A stretch of DNA of 36,018 nt from a virus. The first letter of the stretch is position 1. The number at the start of each line of letters is the position of its first letter. The position numbers and the translations under genes were made by a program. Under the pieces are notes generated by a model. That model had not been told where the DNA came from and made no database searches. It saw nothing but the letters and a program-made list of their open reading frames with translations. Below are positions 21,219 to 31,291 of the stretch, in pieces. The DNA is taken from UHGV virus genome UHGV-1420163; one strand, 5' to 3'.

Positions 21219-21737
21219 TCACTTTGGCAGTCCGGGGATCGATATTTGCGCCTGCTGCTCAAGCCTTTCGATTCTTGCTATGAGTTGCGGTTTTTTGATC
21301 CTGCCCCAGCGGTTCAGCAAGCGTCCTGACATACTGGCAACATCCTTTTCCTTCATGAACTCCAGCATTAACTCGTTGTGCTCTCTTTGGTATGAGTGAG
21401 CCATCTCCATCAGCCTGTCACGCATCCAATTAAATGCTTTGATAAACGCCTCTTTGATGGCGGCAGCTTTTTTGCCGGTAAACGACATGATGATGTACAT
21501 CGCGCCGTCTTTGGAAATTTCATATTCAACATACTGATTACCCTTGTGTTCATAGGTAACCCGCGAAAAGTTGCTGGTTAGAAATTCATCCGAACAGTCT
21601 AGCTTTTCGATTTTCTGAATGATGTGGTGATGCTGCTTGTCGAAGTAAGCTGCTACCTTGCGGGAGGTTGTGATCACGCGATCACCAGAAACAACCACCA
21701 TGTCCCGGAAATCGAGATTAGCCAATTGATGATTCAT
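21219..21737 (-). CDS. rha: Rha-family phage regulatory protein (172 aa from ATG 21737; track GTG start at 21773 has no RBS)
   Basis: Position after the lysis genes as for rha in P22; family call from recalled Rha-domain features. Confidence 0.65.
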   Translation of the reverse strand: MNHQLANLDFRDMVVVSGDRVITTSRKVAAYFDKQHHHIIQKIEKLDCSDEFLTSNFSRVTYEHKGNQYVEYEISKDGAMYIIMSFTGKKAAAIKEAFIKAFNWMRDRLMEMAHSYQREHNELMLEFMKEKDVASMSGRLLNRWGRIKKPQLIARIERLEQQAQISIPGLPK

Positions 21738-22078
21738 AGCGTCTTTACCTTTTAGAAAGTGAGCCTGTCTCACAGAAAAGCCGCCCGAGAGAGGTCGCCA
21801 CCTATAACGGCATTTCTCAGGCTCGCTTACTGAAAGGCTCTCGTTAATATGCGCGTGAGATGCGCTGTGAAATTCAGATATAAAAAGCCCCGCGAATGCG
21901 AGGCTAAATCCTGGTATTTGTAATGACTGGCTCTTATCTCAACGCAGCCCCTTACCGCGCGCCAGATGCTCAATATCAAGCATCAGCAATGAGATGTTTA
22001 ATCTGGATTCACTCCAGAAGTGATCATCACCCTGTCTACAGAGCCAGATGTGAAGGATGATGAGTAAAATTATCGCTA

Positions 22079-22516
22079 TCATCGAAGGCATTGCGTCCTG
22101 ATGTACTCCTGCAGGTAGTTAACCTGCGCGGTTATCCTGTCGATTCCACTTCGGAGACGGTAATAATTGAGTTCAGCATCTGCTGTAAGTCTTGGGCTTT
22201 CTCCATCGCCCATGCTGCTGGCTCCGGTCGTTGACTTTGCACAGGTGGCGGCGACTTGCAGGCGCTTACGACCAGCAGAAACATCAGCACGGAGACTTTC
22301 GATAGTCGCGTTAGCATCAGCAAGCTCCTTTGTGTATCTGGCGTCGAGTTCTGCTACATCACGTTGACGCTTCTGCATGTCAGAGATGATGGATGTGGCT
22401 TTATCGCGCTGTTCTTTATAGGCGATGGCGTTATCACGGTAATGATTAACAGCCCATGACAGACAGACGATGATGCAGATAACCAGAGCGGAGATAATCG
22501 CGGTTACTCTGCTCAT
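22079..22516 (-). CDS. Rz: Rz i-spanin
   Basis: N-terminal transmembrane segment, coiled-coil body, directly downstream of the endolysin. Confidence 0.85.
   Translation of the reverse strand: MSRVTAIISALVICIIVCLSWAVNHYRDNAIAYKEQRDKATSIISDMQKRQRDVAELDARYTKELADANATIESLRADVSAGRKRLQVAATCAKSTTGASSMGDGESPRLTADAELNYYRLRSGIDRITAQVNYLQEYIRTQCLR
22132..22323 (-). CDS. Rz1: Rz1 o-spanin lipoprotein embedded in Rz
   Basis: Alternate frame inside Rz; lipobox LLVVSAC followed by a Pro-rich segment. Confidence 0.75.
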   Translation of the reverse strand: MLMLTRLSKVSVLMFLLVVSACKSPPPVQSQRPEPAAWAMEKAQDLQQMLNSIITVSEVESTG

Positions 22517-22989
22517 ACCTCAATCTCTCTGACCGTTCCGCCAGCTTCTTTGAATTTTGCAATCAGGTTGTCAGCCTTATGCTCGAACTGACCATAACCA
22601 GCGCCCGGCAGTGAAGCCCAGATATTGCTGCAACGGTCGATAGCCTGACGAATATCACCGCGGTCAATCATCGGTAAAGCGCCACGCTCCTTAATCTGCT
22701 GCAGCGCAACAGCGTCCTGGCTTTTGGGAGAGAAGTCTTTCAGGCCAAGCTGCTTACGGTAAGCATCCCACCAACGGGAAAGAAGCTGGTAACGTCCGGC
22801 TGCTGTTGATTTGAGTTTGGGGTTTAGCGTGACAAGCTTGCGAGGGTGATCGGAGTAATCAGTGAATAGCTCTCCGCCAACAATGACGTCATAACCATGA
22901 TTTCTGGTTTTCTGTCGTCCGTTATCAGTTCCCTCTGACCACGCCAGCATATCGAGGAACGCCTTACGTTGATTATTGATTTCCACCAT
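22513..22989 (-). CDS. R: Endolysin, lambda R-type lytic transglycosylase (158 aa)
   Basis: [51 protein letters not shown] closely matches recalled lambda R. Confidence 0.95.
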   Translation of the reverse strand: MVEINNQRKAFLDMLAWSEGTDNGRQKTRNHGYDVIVGGELFTDYSDHPRKLVTLNPKLKSTAAGRYQLLSRWWDAYRKQLGLKDFSPKSQDAVALQQIKERGALPMIDRGDIRQAIDRCSNIWASLPGAGYGQFEHKADNLIAKFKEAGGTVREIEV

Positions 22990-23296
22990 CTTCTACTCCG
23001 GATTTTTTAGCAGCGAAGCGTTTGATAAGCGAACCAATCGAGTCAGTACCGATGTAGCCGATGAACACGCTCGTTATATAAGCGAGATTGCTACTTAGTC
23101 CGGCGAAGTCGAGAAGGTCACGAATGAACCAGGCGATAATGGCGCACATCGTTGCGTCGATTACTGTTTTTGTAAACGCACCGCCATTATATCTGCCGCG
23201 AAGGTACGCCATTGCAAACGCAAGGATTGCCCCGATGCCTTGTTCCTTTGCCGCGAGAAGGGCGGCTAACAGGTCATGTTTTTCTGGCATCTTCAT
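22973..23296 (-). CDS. S: Holin, lambda S-type (107 aa)
   Basis: [39 protein letters not shown] matches recalled lambda S107. Confidence 0.9.
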   Translation of the reverse strand: MKMPEKHDLLAALLAAKEQGIGAILAFAMAYLRGRYNGGAFTKTVIDATMCAIIAWFIRDLLDFAGLSSNLAYITSVFIGYIGTDSIGSLIKRFAAKKSGVEDGGNQ

Positions 23297-23689
23297 GTCT
23301 TAGCCCCAATAAGGGGATTTGCTCTATTTAATTAGGAATAAGGTCGATTACTGATAGAACAAATCCAGGCTACTGTGTTTAGTAATCAGATTTGTTCGTG
23401 ACCGATATGCACGGGCAAAACGGCAGGAGGTTGTTAGCGCAACCTCATGCCGCCCGCTTTCACGAAGATCATGTGTAGAAGGCCGCAGCGTAACTATCAC
23501 TGATGAATTCAGGACAGCCAGTGGCTACGACTCAGTTTGGGTTGTGGCGGCCGGAATCGAACCGGCTTCCATCGGTGCGCTGCCGATTGCAGTACGCGCG
23601 GCGGTCAGCTACATGACTAGTATTTTCACTGTCGCCTATCTGCTAGCTCGCCATTGAGCTTCACCACAACGATAAGAGCACTGCTCGGC

Positions 23690-23805
23690 ACTTTTCACCA
23701 ATTCCGCGAGGTCTGCGGGTTCAATGCTCTTACCTGTTATGCAAACAAAAAAAGCCACCGTTGCAACTTAAGAGTCACTAACGGCAGCTTACCCTCTAAT
23801 TATGG
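23690..23805 (-). promoter_or_regulatory. Expected late promoter/Q-utilisation region between Q and the lysis genes (not resolved)
   Basis: Positional inference only; a T-run follows a weak hairpin about 40 nt after the Q stop. Confidence 0.3.
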
Positions 23806-24324
23806 CTAAATGGCTAATTGCATGTCAAGGTTTTTAACAGCAACATGCTTAACTTTCTCAACACGTTTACGCATTTTGAAAGCATTTTGCATTGGCTGGT
23901 ATAAAACAAATAATGACGCTTTCAGGATGTCGTCAATTTCGTTTCTACAGGTTGCCAGTGAAGGTTTTCTCCATCCCTCACCACCACGTCCACACATCTT
24001 GCGTGGCTTTGCAGTCTCGTGATAGTAGGATGCAATTGCTCGCTTAGATGAACCATGAGCGTAGTAGCTGAGGAGGATGCCAAAGGCTTTCTTGTCAATG
24101 TACATGACGGAATCGACGACCTGAGAAATCAACATTCCATCATCATCATTGCACATTGGTCTTGTCATAACTCTTCCTGGCTCTACGCTCTCCATGAACT
24201 TCGCTATTACGCTGCTCATACGCTTTTCCAGACGACCTGAATAAACCCATGCGCCCCACAGTTCAAGCCAGCCATTCAGCCACTCGTGCTGTTCTTTGGT
24301 GAGGTTTAGTTCTCTTATGCTCAT
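23806..24324 (-). CDS. Late-gene antiterminator, Q-like (172 aa)
   Basis: Position between NinH/RusA and the lysis cassette; Cys/His-containing basic protein; not lambda Q itself. Confidence 0.6.
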   Translation of the reverse strand: MSIRELNLTKEQHEWLNGWLELWGAWVYSGRLEKRMSSVIAKFMESVEPGRVMTRPMCNDDDGMLISQVVDSVMYIDKKAFGILLSYYAHGSSKRAIASYYHETAKPRKMCGRGGEGWRKPSLATCRNEIDDILKASLFVLYQPMQNAFKMRKRVEKVKHVAVKNLDMQLAI

Positions 24325-24509
24325 CGTCTTCCCCTTTTGCCCTGTTTGACCATCAGGACGCCGTTAACTATTACGTGACGCTCGCCTTTGCTGTCTCGGT
24401 TGTACTTGAGCACTGTTCCTCTTGCGCAGGAAAGCATCCTCGCCACTTCGGTCTGATTGCCTCGTGTCTGGATAAGAAGCTCTGGTATCGTTTGAATTGT
24501 GGCGTTCAT
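24321..24509 (-). CDS. ninH: NinH
   Basis: TIPELLIQTRGNQTEVARMLSCARGTVLKY...IVNGVLMV resembles recalled lambda NinH. Confidence 0.8.
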   Translation of the reverse strand: MNATIQTIPELLIQTRGNQTEVARMLSCARGTVLKYNRDSKGERHVIVNGVLMVKQGKRGRR

Positions 24510-24868
24510 ACGTTCTCCAGTTCGGTGATTTTTATTCCAAGCCTTCCGCCTGGTACTTTCACACCACGAATTACGCGAATGTCATCGAATTGCTCGTCGT
24601 CTTCCGCAAATCCGGCGTGGATAAGGGAGTCGAGTAAACCTTTCAGGATGTTATCGAGGTCGCGGCGGCGGGAGTCTGGAACGTCTGCGATGACTTTGAT
24701 GCGGAGTCGTGATTTGGTGAAAATGTCTAACTTGAGTTGGCGGATGATTTGCTGAACGTCTTTTCGGTATTTCTGGCCTTTATCGCTTATGTAATATTGG
24801 CTTCCCAGTCTTCGCCAGTAGGTATTCACCGACGGCGGGTATGGAAGCACAAACTGATATTCGTTCAT
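24506..24868 (-). CDS. rusA: RusA Holliday-junction resolvase
   Basis: PYPPSVNTYWR...DVPDSRRRDLDNILKGLLDSL...GGRLGIKITELE matches RusA motifs. Confidence 0.9.
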   Translation of the reverse strand: MNEYQFVLPYPPSVNTYWRRLGSQYYISDKGQKYRKDVQQIIRQLKLDIFTKSRLRIKVIADVPDSRRRDLDNILKGLLDSLIHAGFAEDDEQFDDIRVIRGVKVPGGRLGIKITELENV

Positions 24869-25155
24869 GGCTTAATCTTCCCCTCCTTCAGCAGTATCGC
24901 CTGCGTCCTGATCACGCCTTCCAGGTGGTAAAGTCTGGCGTCTTTGTTGTCGAGGTTATGGGTGCGTCGGTCGATTTCATCGTGACACGCGCTACAAGCC
25001 CATGCGCCGATCAGGTCGTCAGGCTTCATTCCCGTTCCGCAAATTCCAGCCATCCGGTAATGTGCCAGAACTGTAGTTTCAGGGTTGCCATTGCATACTC
25101 CGTAAATACGTACCTGGCATTCTCTGCCGCGTGCTTCTTTGCGTAGGTTAGCCAT
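24865..25155 (-). CDS. YbcO-like (DUF1364) nin-region protein (96 aa)
   Basis: Cys-rich 96-aa protein immediately upstream of rusA, as in recalled lambdoid nin regions. Confidence 0.65.
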   Translation of the reverse strand: MANLRKEARGRECQVRIYGVCNGNPETTVLAHYRMAGICGTGMKPDDLIGAWACSACHDEIDRRTHNLDNKDARLYHLEGVIRTQAILLKEGKIKP

Positions 25156-25424
25156 TATGGTTCACTCCAGTAATTCTCAATTGCAGCAGCCATTCTCTGC
25201 ATCCACTCAGCCAGCTTTAACGCGGCTTCTCTTTCAGAACCACATTTAGGGAAATCCTTCATTTCCATGCTGGCCTTATATGTTCTGAATGCCAGGTCTC
25301 CGGTAATAACCAACTCCTGATCAAGCACCGAGCGTTTATTCCGGTGTTGAACGTAATAGACAGATTCAGTCCGCATTTCTTCTCTGTCTTTTTTGAAGGA
25401 AATAAGCTCAGAGAAATCACTCAT
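25155..25424 (-). CDS. Hypothetical nin-region protein (89 aa)
   Basis: ORF whose start overlaps the NinF stop. Confidence 0.5.
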   Translation of the reverse strand: MSDFSELISFKKDREEMRTESVYYVQHRNKRSVLDQELVITGDLAFRTYKASMEMKDFPKCGSEREAALKLAEWMQRMAAAIENYWSEP

Positions 25425-25611
25425 CGTCTTCTTCCTCGTACATTGAGCTATTCGGGTCGCTCATCAGCTCTGCGCAGCAGTGCTCACACACGTGAACTTC
25501 CAGCACATGCAGCTTCTGACCGCAGTTAGCGCACGTTAAAGCCCGCTCGACGCTTTCTTGTTCGTAACTTCGATTTGGGTCAATCACCTTGTTTTCCTCA
25601 TGCGGTTCCAT
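25417..25611 (-). CDS. ninF: NinF (64 aa from internal ATG of the track's 153-aa ORF)
   Basis: ESVERALTCANCGQKLHVLEVHVCEHCCAELMSDPNSSM matches recalled lambda NinF. Confidence 0.75.
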   Translation of the reverse strand: MEPHEENKVIDPNRSYEQESVERALTCANCGQKLHVLEVHVCEHCCAELMSDPNSSMYEEEDDE

Positions 25612-25760
25612 TTGGCCTGTAACAGCCCGTAGACATAATCGAATGTCTTTACCTGGCTTTCTGTGGGGATTGGTTTCTTGCGGGATCTGGTGCGTTTGGT
25701 AGGAGTAAAAATCAGGTTGTCTAACGCTATTTGAGTAATGCTTCGTCGCTGTCTCGCCAC
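25584..25760 (-). CDS. ninE: NinE (58 aa, GTG start); below the track's size cut-off
   Basis: Hand translation gives (M)[39 protein letters not shown], matching recalled lambda NinE; AGGAGG 4 nt upstream. Confidence 0.7.
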   Translation of the reverse strand: MARQRRSITQIALDNLIFTPTKRTRSRKKPIPTESQVKTFDYVYGLLQAKWNRMRKTR

Positions 25761-25900
25761 ACGTCCTCCTTTTCCTGCGGTAGTGGTAACACCCCTGTTG
25801 GTGTTCTTTCACACCGGAGACACCATCGATTCCAGTAAGGTTGATTTGGTCGGAAGCGGTTATCTTCTTTGCATTCACCGCACCGATAACATCGCATCAT
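25727..25900 (-). CDS. NinD-like zinc-ribbon protein (57 aa); below the track's size cut-off
   Basis: Hand translation [14 protein letters not shown]...CLRCE; ATGA overlap with the NinC stop; size equals lambda NinD. Confidence 0.5.
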   Translation of the reverse strand: MMRCYRCGECKEDNRFRPNQPYWNRWCLRCERTPTGVLPLPQEKEDVWRDSDEALLK

Positions 25901-26769
25901 GCAGCTTCCCTCCCGAAGTCGAAATCAAGCTGCCCTCCAAATATTTCGCATGATTCAGAACAAGAGCCAGTATCGAATCTTTTAGCTCGTACCATGTCCT
26001 GATACAGGGCTTGATAATCATTTTCTGAATACATTTTCGCGATACCATCCAGCGACATTCTTCCTCGGTACATAATCTCCTTTGGTGTTTCCCGATGTCC
26101 GTCACGCACATGCGATCCCGTGATGACCTCATTAAAAACACGCTGCAATCCCTCCTCATCTTTGCAGGCAAGTCCGATTTTTTGCGTTGATTTTTTAATG
26201 CAGAATATGCAGTTACCGAGATGTTCCGGTATTTGCAAATCGAATGGTTGTTGCTTCCACCATGCGAGGATATCTTCCTTCTCAAAGTCTGACAGTTCAG
26301 CAAGATATCTGATTCCAGACTTTGGCTTTAGCCGCTTCGGTTCATCAGCTCTGATGCCAATCCACGTGGTGTAATTCCCTCGCCCGAAATGGTCATCACA
26401 GTATTTGGTGAAGGGAACGAGTTTTAATCTGTCAGTGCAGAACGCGCCGCCGACGTATGGAGTGCCATATTTCTTTACCATATCGATAAATGGCTTCAGA
26501 ACAGGCATTCGCGTCTGAATATCCTTTGGTTCCCATACCGTATAACTATTTGGCTGCCCAAGCTCTGGGTTGATATCAACCTGCAATACGGTGAGCGGTA
26601 TATCCCAGAACTTCACAACTTCCCTGACAAACCGATATGTCATTGGATGTTCACAACCTGTATCCATGAAAACGTAATGCACGTCTTCACCTGCCCGTCG
26701 CTTTTGCTCCATTAGCCAGAGCAAATATGCTGACGTCCTGCCACCGGAGAAACTAACGACATTTATCAT
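25897..26769 (-). CDS. ninC: NinC, PP-loop/PAPS-reductase-like (290 aa from ATG 26769)
   Basis: [19 protein letters not shown]-loop motif; ATGA overlap with the NinB stop; 290 aa as recalled for lambda NinC. Confidence 0.75.
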   Translation of the reverse strand: MINVVSFSGGRTSAYLLWLMEQKRRAGEDVHYVFMDTGCEHPMTYRFVREVVKFWDIPLTVLQVDINPELGQPNSYTVWEPKDIQTRMPVLKPFIDMVKKYGTPYVGGAFCTDRLKLVPFTKYCDDHFGRGNYTTWIGIRADEPKRLKPKSGIRYLAELSDFEKEDILAWWKQQPFDLQIPEHLGNCIFCIKKSTQKIGLACKDEEGLQRVFNEVITGSHVRDGHRETPKEIMYRGRMSLDGIAKMYSENDYQALYQDMVRAKRFDTGSCSESCEIFGGQLDFDFGREAA

Positions 26770-27206
26770 GCAGCCCTGTCTCCCCATCTCGCTTTCCACT
26801 CCAGAGCCAATCGAGCTTCGTCTGACCACTTAACGCCACGCTCTGTACCGAATGCCTGTATAAGCTCTAATAGCTCCGCAAATTCGCTTACACGCATCCT
26901 GCTGGTTGACTGGCCTATTACCACAAAGCCATTCCCGGCAAGGTTAGGAACAACATCCTGCTGCTTTAATGCTGCGGTAAACACACACTTCCAGCTTTCT
27001 GCATCCAGCCAGCGACCATGCCATTCAACCTGACGAGAGACGTCACCTAAGCAGGCCCATAGCTTCCTGTTTTGGTCTAAGCTGCGGTTGCGTTCCTGAA
27101 TGGTTACTACGATTGGTTTGGTTGGGTCTGGAAGAATTTGCTGTACTGCGTGAATAGCGTTTTGCTGATGTGCTGGAGATCGAATTTCAAAGGTTAGTTT
27201 TTTCAT
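26766..27206 (-). CDS. ninB: NinB (Orf-family recombination mediator, 146 aa)
   Basis: MKKLTFEIRSPAHQQNAIHAVQQILPDPTKPIVVTIQERNRSLDQNRKLWACLGD matches recalled lambda NinB. Confidence 0.9.
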   Translation of the reverse strand: MKKLTFEIRSPAHQQNAIHAVQQILPDPTKPIVVTIQERNRSLDQNRKLWACLGDVSRQVEWHGRWLDAESWKCVFTAALKQQDVVPNLAGNGFVVIGQSTSRMRVSEFAELLELIQAFGTERGVKWSDEARLALEWKARWGDRAA

Positions 27207-27399
27207 GACTTCCCTCTCTAACAGATTTCAGGTTATTCCACTCCGTTACCGCACTGCGATAATTCGCGGCCGCCACAGCAGCGTGGTTAGCGCAGTAGAT
27301 TTGGCACCCGTTCTCCATGTCGAATATTGTCGGTGATTTTCCGCATTTACATTTTTTGGCACGCGGTGCGTCTGAACACATTCCGTTAACGGTGTCCAT
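27187..27399 (-). CDS. Small Cys-rich protein (70 aa), ninA/ren slot
   Basis: GAGGGGG RBS 6-7 nt upstream of ATG 27399; five Cys suggest a Zn ribbon. Confidence 0.5.
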   Translation of the reverse strand: MDTVNGMCSDAPRAKKCKCGKSPTIFDMENGCQIYCANHAAVAAANYRSAVTEWNNLKSVREGSHEKTNL

Positions 27400-27480
27400 C
27401 AGGATCCCCCTCGTTCTTAATCCAATAAAAAAGGGCTACTGTGTAAATAGCCCCTGTTATTAGCTCAGTGATGTAGATGG

Positions 27481-28857
27481 TCATACGTCAGCCCCTTGTG
27501 CATATCGTCTGCCACGCGCAGCAGGTGCATTTGATGTTGTGCAAATCTGTCTGGCTTCATCCTGGTCACATGCAACAAAGTGTCCGTTGCAGAACCGCTG
27601 GTAAACCGTACCAAGCGAGCCAAAACGGTTTTTCGTCACGATGATTTCAGCAAATGGCGCGGCGCTACTGTTCTCGTCATATACCGCCTCCCGATAGAGC
27701 ATGATGATTGAGTCTGCGTCCTGTTCAATGCTTCCTGAATCACGCAAATCTGCGTTTGTCGGGCGTTTGTTTGGTCGCTTTTCAACATCGCGCGAAAGCT
27801 GACTCAGGGAGATAACCGGTGTTTTCAGGTCTTTCGCCATCGCCTTCAGGCTTCCGGAGATGTGGGCAATTGCGAGGTCGTTGCGGTCTGCTTTCGGCTT
27901 CTCAATCAGGCCAAGATAATCCGCCATGATGAGTGAGAGGTTTGGATTTTCCTGTTTGTGCCGTTCTGCGATTGAGCGTATTTCTTCGACCGATAATCGC
28001 GAGGCATCGACTACCCATACATCCAAATCTGCAAGCTGACTCATGCCGTTAGCAACGCGCGCCCAGCCTTCGTCATCCATCGCTGCAGGATTTCGCAGCA
28101 CACTAACCGACATCCTCCCGGCGTTGGCAATGCTTCGCTCTGCAATCTGCAATGCGCTCATTTCCATTGAGAAAATCAATACCCCGCGCCGGACGTCAGA
28201 ACCAGGAATAACGCGGCTTGCAACGCCTTCGGCAATCTTCAGCGCCAGTTCGGTTTTCCCCATACCAGGACGAGCAGCGATTATCACCAGGTCTTCCGCG
28301 TTCATCCCTCCGGTGATGGCATCAAGTTCTTCGATTCCGGTCTTCAGGGTATCTGACTCTTCTCCGTTCCTCAGACGCCTGTCAAGCGTGTCAGTGTAGT
28401 CAGTAATGATTTCCCCTAACCGTACAGGTTTTAACTCGTCACGGGGCTTTCTGATGGCTGAGAGACGCTTTACAAGCTCGTCCATCGCCTGACTCGATGT
28501 ATCGATGGTTCCGCTCTGAATTGGTTCACGCATTTCATCCATGATTTCCAGCACCAGACGGCGGTGATAGTTATCCGCGACCATTCCGGCATACCCCTTC
28601 AGGTTTGCGGCACTCGGGCAGTTTTTGCTGGTCATCAGGATTGACGTGAAATGCTCCTCTCCGCACGCCTCGGCAACCATCAGCGCGTCGATTAGGTTTC
28701 TGTTTCTCGCCTGCTTCCGGATAACCTCGAAGGCTTTCCGGTAGAGCGGAATTGAAAACGCTTCCGGCTCCAGCGTTGCCAGAACGTCACTGGCAGTTGG
28801 TGTTAATCCACCAATCAGCAGGCCACCGATAACGCTCGCTTCGATATCCTGTCTCAT
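27481..28857 (-). CDS. Replicative DNA helicase, DnaB family (458 aa)
   Basis: Walker A GMGKTE, DnaB-like C-terminal motifs, position after the O-like gene. Confidence 0.9.
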   Translation of the reverse strand: MRQDIEASVIGGLLIGGLTPTASDVLATLEPEAFSIPLYRKAFEVIRKQARNRNLIDALMVAEACGEEHFTSILMTSKNCPSAANLKGYAGMVADNYHRRLVLEIMDEMREPIQSGTIDTSSQAMDELVKRLSAIRKPRDELKPVRLGEIITDYTDTLDRRLRNGEESDTLKTGIEELDAITGGMNAEDLVIIAARPGMGKTELALKIAEGVASRVIPGSDVRRGVLIFSMEMSALQIAERSIANAGRMSVSVLRNPAAMDDEGWARVANGMSQLADLDVWVVDASRLSVEEIRSIAERHKQENPNLSLIMADYLGLIEKPKADRNDLAIAHISGSLKAMAKDLKTPVISLSQLSRDVEKRPNKRPTNADLRDSGSIEQDADSIIMLYREAVYDENSSAAPFAEIIVTKNRFGSLGTVYQRFCNGHFVACDQDEARQICTTSNAPAARGRRYAQGADV

Positions 28858-29675
28858 GCAATCCCCCTGTCTGCAAACTTCCCTTCCCGAACTCCCGTTA
28901 ACGAGTCTTCCCTCAGCAGGTAATCAAAATCTGCCGTCCAGCCCGTGTCGTTGTCTCCGAAGTAAAACGGCTTGGCCTGATGCACAAACGCCCTGACATA
29001 CGCTCTGAAACCGTCCACGTTTGGCGTTTTCAGTTGCGGAATGATTTTCTTCAGGCGACGTTTGCGTTTCTCGTTGACCGCAACAGCGTGTGGCAGTCTG
29101 TCACCGACTTCGGTGTTGTAGGCGTTCAGGAAGGATTCATAGTCGATTCGTTCTGCCTTGCGACGTTCAGGTTTAACCTGCCCATCGCCGCCCCCGTTAG
29201 GGGGTAAGGGGGTATTTGTATTTATTGTCTTTTGTATATTGTCTTTTGTGTTTAGCTGACTTGGCTTATACCCATTAGCCGACTTGGCTAATGTTTTATT
29301 AGCTGTTTTAGCTAATGTTAAGCTGTCCTGGCTAATCCACTGAGAAACCACCTTGTTCACTCCGATTTTCACGCCATCAGCAATGAGGAATTTACGCTCG
29401 ATAAGCTGGCGCTTGGCAGCGCAAACATGAGTGTGATGAATACCTGTCATGGCTGCTATCTGCGTGTTTGTGAGTCGATCCATCGGCTTATTGAATCCGT
29501 ATGTCTTGCGCATGATAGCGAGCATCACCTTCATCTGCCGGACGGTTAAATCAGCCATCAGCAGACTGTCGGTAATCTCGTTAGCAACGCGCATGAAACC
29601 ATCTTCGGTATCTGCCACGCGATGCTCCACGACCTCCAGTTGAGGCCTGTAATCAGCTAACTTAACGACGCCCAT
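28854..29675 (-). CDS. Replication initiation protein, O-like (273 aa)
   Basis: Position upstream of the helicase; ori iterons inside the coding sequence. Confidence 0.8.
   Translation of the reverse strand: MGVVKLADYRPQLEVVEHRVADTEDGFMRVANEITDSLLMADLTVRQMKVMLAIMRKTYGFNKPMDRLTNTQIAAMTGIHHTHVCAAKRQLIERKFLIADGVKIGVNKVVSQWISQDSLTLAKTANKTLAKSANGYKPSQLNTKDNIQKTINTNTPLPPNGGGDGQVKPERRKAERIDYESFLNAYNTEVGDRLPHAVAVNEKRKRRLKKIIPQLKTPNVDGFRAYVRAFVHQAKPFYFGDNDTGWTADFDYLLREDSLTGVREGKFADRGIA
29215..29340. repeat. Origin iterons inside the O-like gene
   Basis: TTGTCTTTTGT at 29225-29235 and 29239-29249; AGCTGACTTGGCT / AGCCGACTTGGCT / AGCTGTCCTGGCT repeats. Confidence 0.6.
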
Positions 29676-29823
29676 GTTTCACTCCTGCTTTGGCTAGTCT
29701 GTAAACACCAACAAGGCGTTCTGCGAACGCCCTGTTATTTGCTGCGGCTACCACTAATCCCTCAGGTGAATCAGGGTGTCGAATCTCTTCTTTTTCCTGG
29801 TATTTCTTACGACGTTTTGTCAT
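29662..29823 (-). CDS. Small basic hypothetical protein (53 aa) between cII and O; below the track's size cut-off
   Basis: Hand translation MTKRRKKYQEKEEIRHPD...; AGGAG 7 nt upstream of ATG 29823. Confidence 0.35.
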   Translation of the reverse strand: MTKRRKKYQEKEEIRHPDSPEGLVVAAANNRAFAERLVGVYRLAKAGVKHGRR

Positions 29824-29855
29824 AATTACTCCTGTGGATTGATCCAGTAATTCCC

Positions 29856-30152
29856 TCAGAATTGCATATCAATTTGCTTAAAATCCTCGGTGGCGGCCGG
29901 GGATTTTTTCTTTGTGATTTCATCAAGCGCATACTTAAAAGCCCTGCTAATCGGACTGATGTCTGATGCCATTCCAAAAGCACACAAGACCGAAGCAATA
30001 AATCTCCAGTCCGTTCTGCTTATCTTCGATTCATGACAGCCAATCATCTTTGCCAGACCGCGCTGGGTAAGCGTTGACAGGTTGATGAGTAAATCAGTTT
30101 CAGCGCGATCAATTTCTCGCTGTGTTGGCTTGCTGTAACTTGCTTGTGTCAT
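29856..30152 (-). CDS. cII: CII-like lysogeny activator (98 aa)
   Basis: ESKISRTDWRF and C-terminal KKKSPAATEDFKQIDMQF parallel recalled lambda CII. Confidence 0.8.
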   Translation of the reverse strand: MTQASYSKPTQREIDRAETDLLINLSTLTQRGLAKMIGCHESKISRTDWRFIASVLCAFGMASDISPISRAFKYALDEITKKKSPAATEDFKQIDMQF

Positions 30153-30273
30153 TTCTTACTATCTCCATAGGTAAATAATTTGTGTTTTTATCGTGCACCA
30201 TTGACAGTCATCCTTGACCACGCCGGGCACCCGACCGTATACCGGGCCGTTCGGTACTGAAAGTACATTTTTA

Positions 30274-30504
30274 TTACATGACAAACTGCTGTTTACCGAT
30301 ACGGCGAATCTGTGCTGCTGAGTACTTGCCGCCTGATGCCTTGGCGATCTTATCCGCATATTCGGTTTCACCAGTGAACTCGGTGCGCGGCAGAGAACCA
30401 CGCTCAAGCCACTTATAGATGGCTTTTGGCGTAAGTCCACAAACATCAGCCACAACAGAAACTCGAACGGATTTGATAACTTCTGCAAACGTAACTTCGT
30501 TCAT
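30274..30504 (-). CDS. cro: Cro-like repressor (76 aa)
   Basis: HTH-bearing small protein divergent from cI; AGGAGAG RBS; operator directly upstream. Confidence 0.8.
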   Translation of the reverse strand: MNEVTFAEVIKSVRVSVVADVCGLTPKAIYKWLERGSLPRTEFTGETEYADKIAKASGGKYSAAQIRRIGKQQFVM

Positions 30505-30519
30505 GCTTCTCTCCTGTGG

Positions 30520-30591
30520 TGAACTTATGGTTCATATTATGACGGAACTGATAGTACAGTCAATACCTAATATAGTTGAACTTATGGTTCA
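30520..30591. promoter_or_regulatory. Right operator/promoter region: two identical palindromic operators flanking divergent promoters
   Basis: TGAACTTATGGTTCA at 30520-30534 and 30577-30591; TAATAT -10-like element at 30568-30573 would give a leaderless cI transcript. Confidence 0.7.
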
Positions 30592-31291
30592 ACAGAAAGA
30601 GCGTGAAACTTTCTCGCAGAGGCTTGCGCTGGCCTGTGATAAAGCGGGATTACCTTTGCATGGTAGGCAGGCTGATTTAGCTGTCAGGCTTAAGGTCACA
30701 CCAAAAGCCATTAGTAAATGGTTCAACGGGGAGTCAATACCAAGAAAAGACAAGATGGAATCTTTGGCTTCGGTGCTGGGAACCACTGCGGCATATCTGC
30801 ATGGCTATGCTGATGATGACGGTATCACGGTAAATCATCTATCAAGATCAAATGATTCTTATCGTGTTGATGTATTGGATGTTCAGGCGAGCGCCGGGCC
30901 AGGAACCATGGTTTCCAATGAATTTATAGAAAAGATAAGAGCAATTGAATATACGACCGAGCAGGCAAGAATTTTATTTAATGGAAGGCCACAGGAAAGC
31001 GTAAAAGTCATCACGGTTCGCGGTGACAGCATGGAGGGAACCATCAATCCGGGAGATGAGATCTTTGTTGATGTATCCATAACCTGTTTTGATGGCGATG
31101 GCATTTATGTGTTTGTATACGGGAAAACAATGCACGTTAAGCGCCTGCAAATGCAAAAGAACAGGCTTGCCGTCATCTCTGACAATGCCGCTTATGATCG
31201 ATGGTACATAGAAGAAGGTGAAGAAGAGCAACTTCACATTCTAGCCAAAGTCCTCATTAGGCAGTCAATCGATTACAAGCGATTCGGATAA
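30584..31291 (+). CDS. cI: CI-type prophage repressor, HTH plus S24 peptidase domain (235 aa from ATG 30584)
   Basis: N-terminal HTH (VTPKAISKWFNGES), C-terminal GDSM...K autocleavage motifs; ATG lies within the second operator. Confidence 0.9.
   Translation: MVQQKERETFSQRLALACDKAGLPLHGRQADLAVRLKVTPKAISKWFNGESIPRKDKMESLASVLGTTAAYLHGYADDDGITVNHLSRSNDSYRVDVLDVQASAGPGTMVSNEFIEKIRAIEYTTEQARILFNGRPQESVKVITVRGDSMEGTINPGDEIFVDVSITCFDGDGIYVFVYGKTMHVKRLQMQKNRLAVISDNAAYDRWYIEEGEEEQLHILAKVLIRQSIDYKRFG

Noticed and set aside
23740-23790. Hairpin plus T-run shortly after the Q stop as a defined late terminator
   Set aside because: Stem is weak and AT-rich and lies too close to Q to assign confidently; left as an unresolved regulatory region.
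25417-25878. 153-aa ORF in the nin region
   Set aside because: Merges NinF with an upstream read-through frame; real genes are the overlapping NinD, NinE and NinF.
30159-30488. 109-aa minus-strand ORF across the cro/cII interval
   Set aside because: Alternate frame overlapping cro; no RBS; Cro-family translation is in the other frame.
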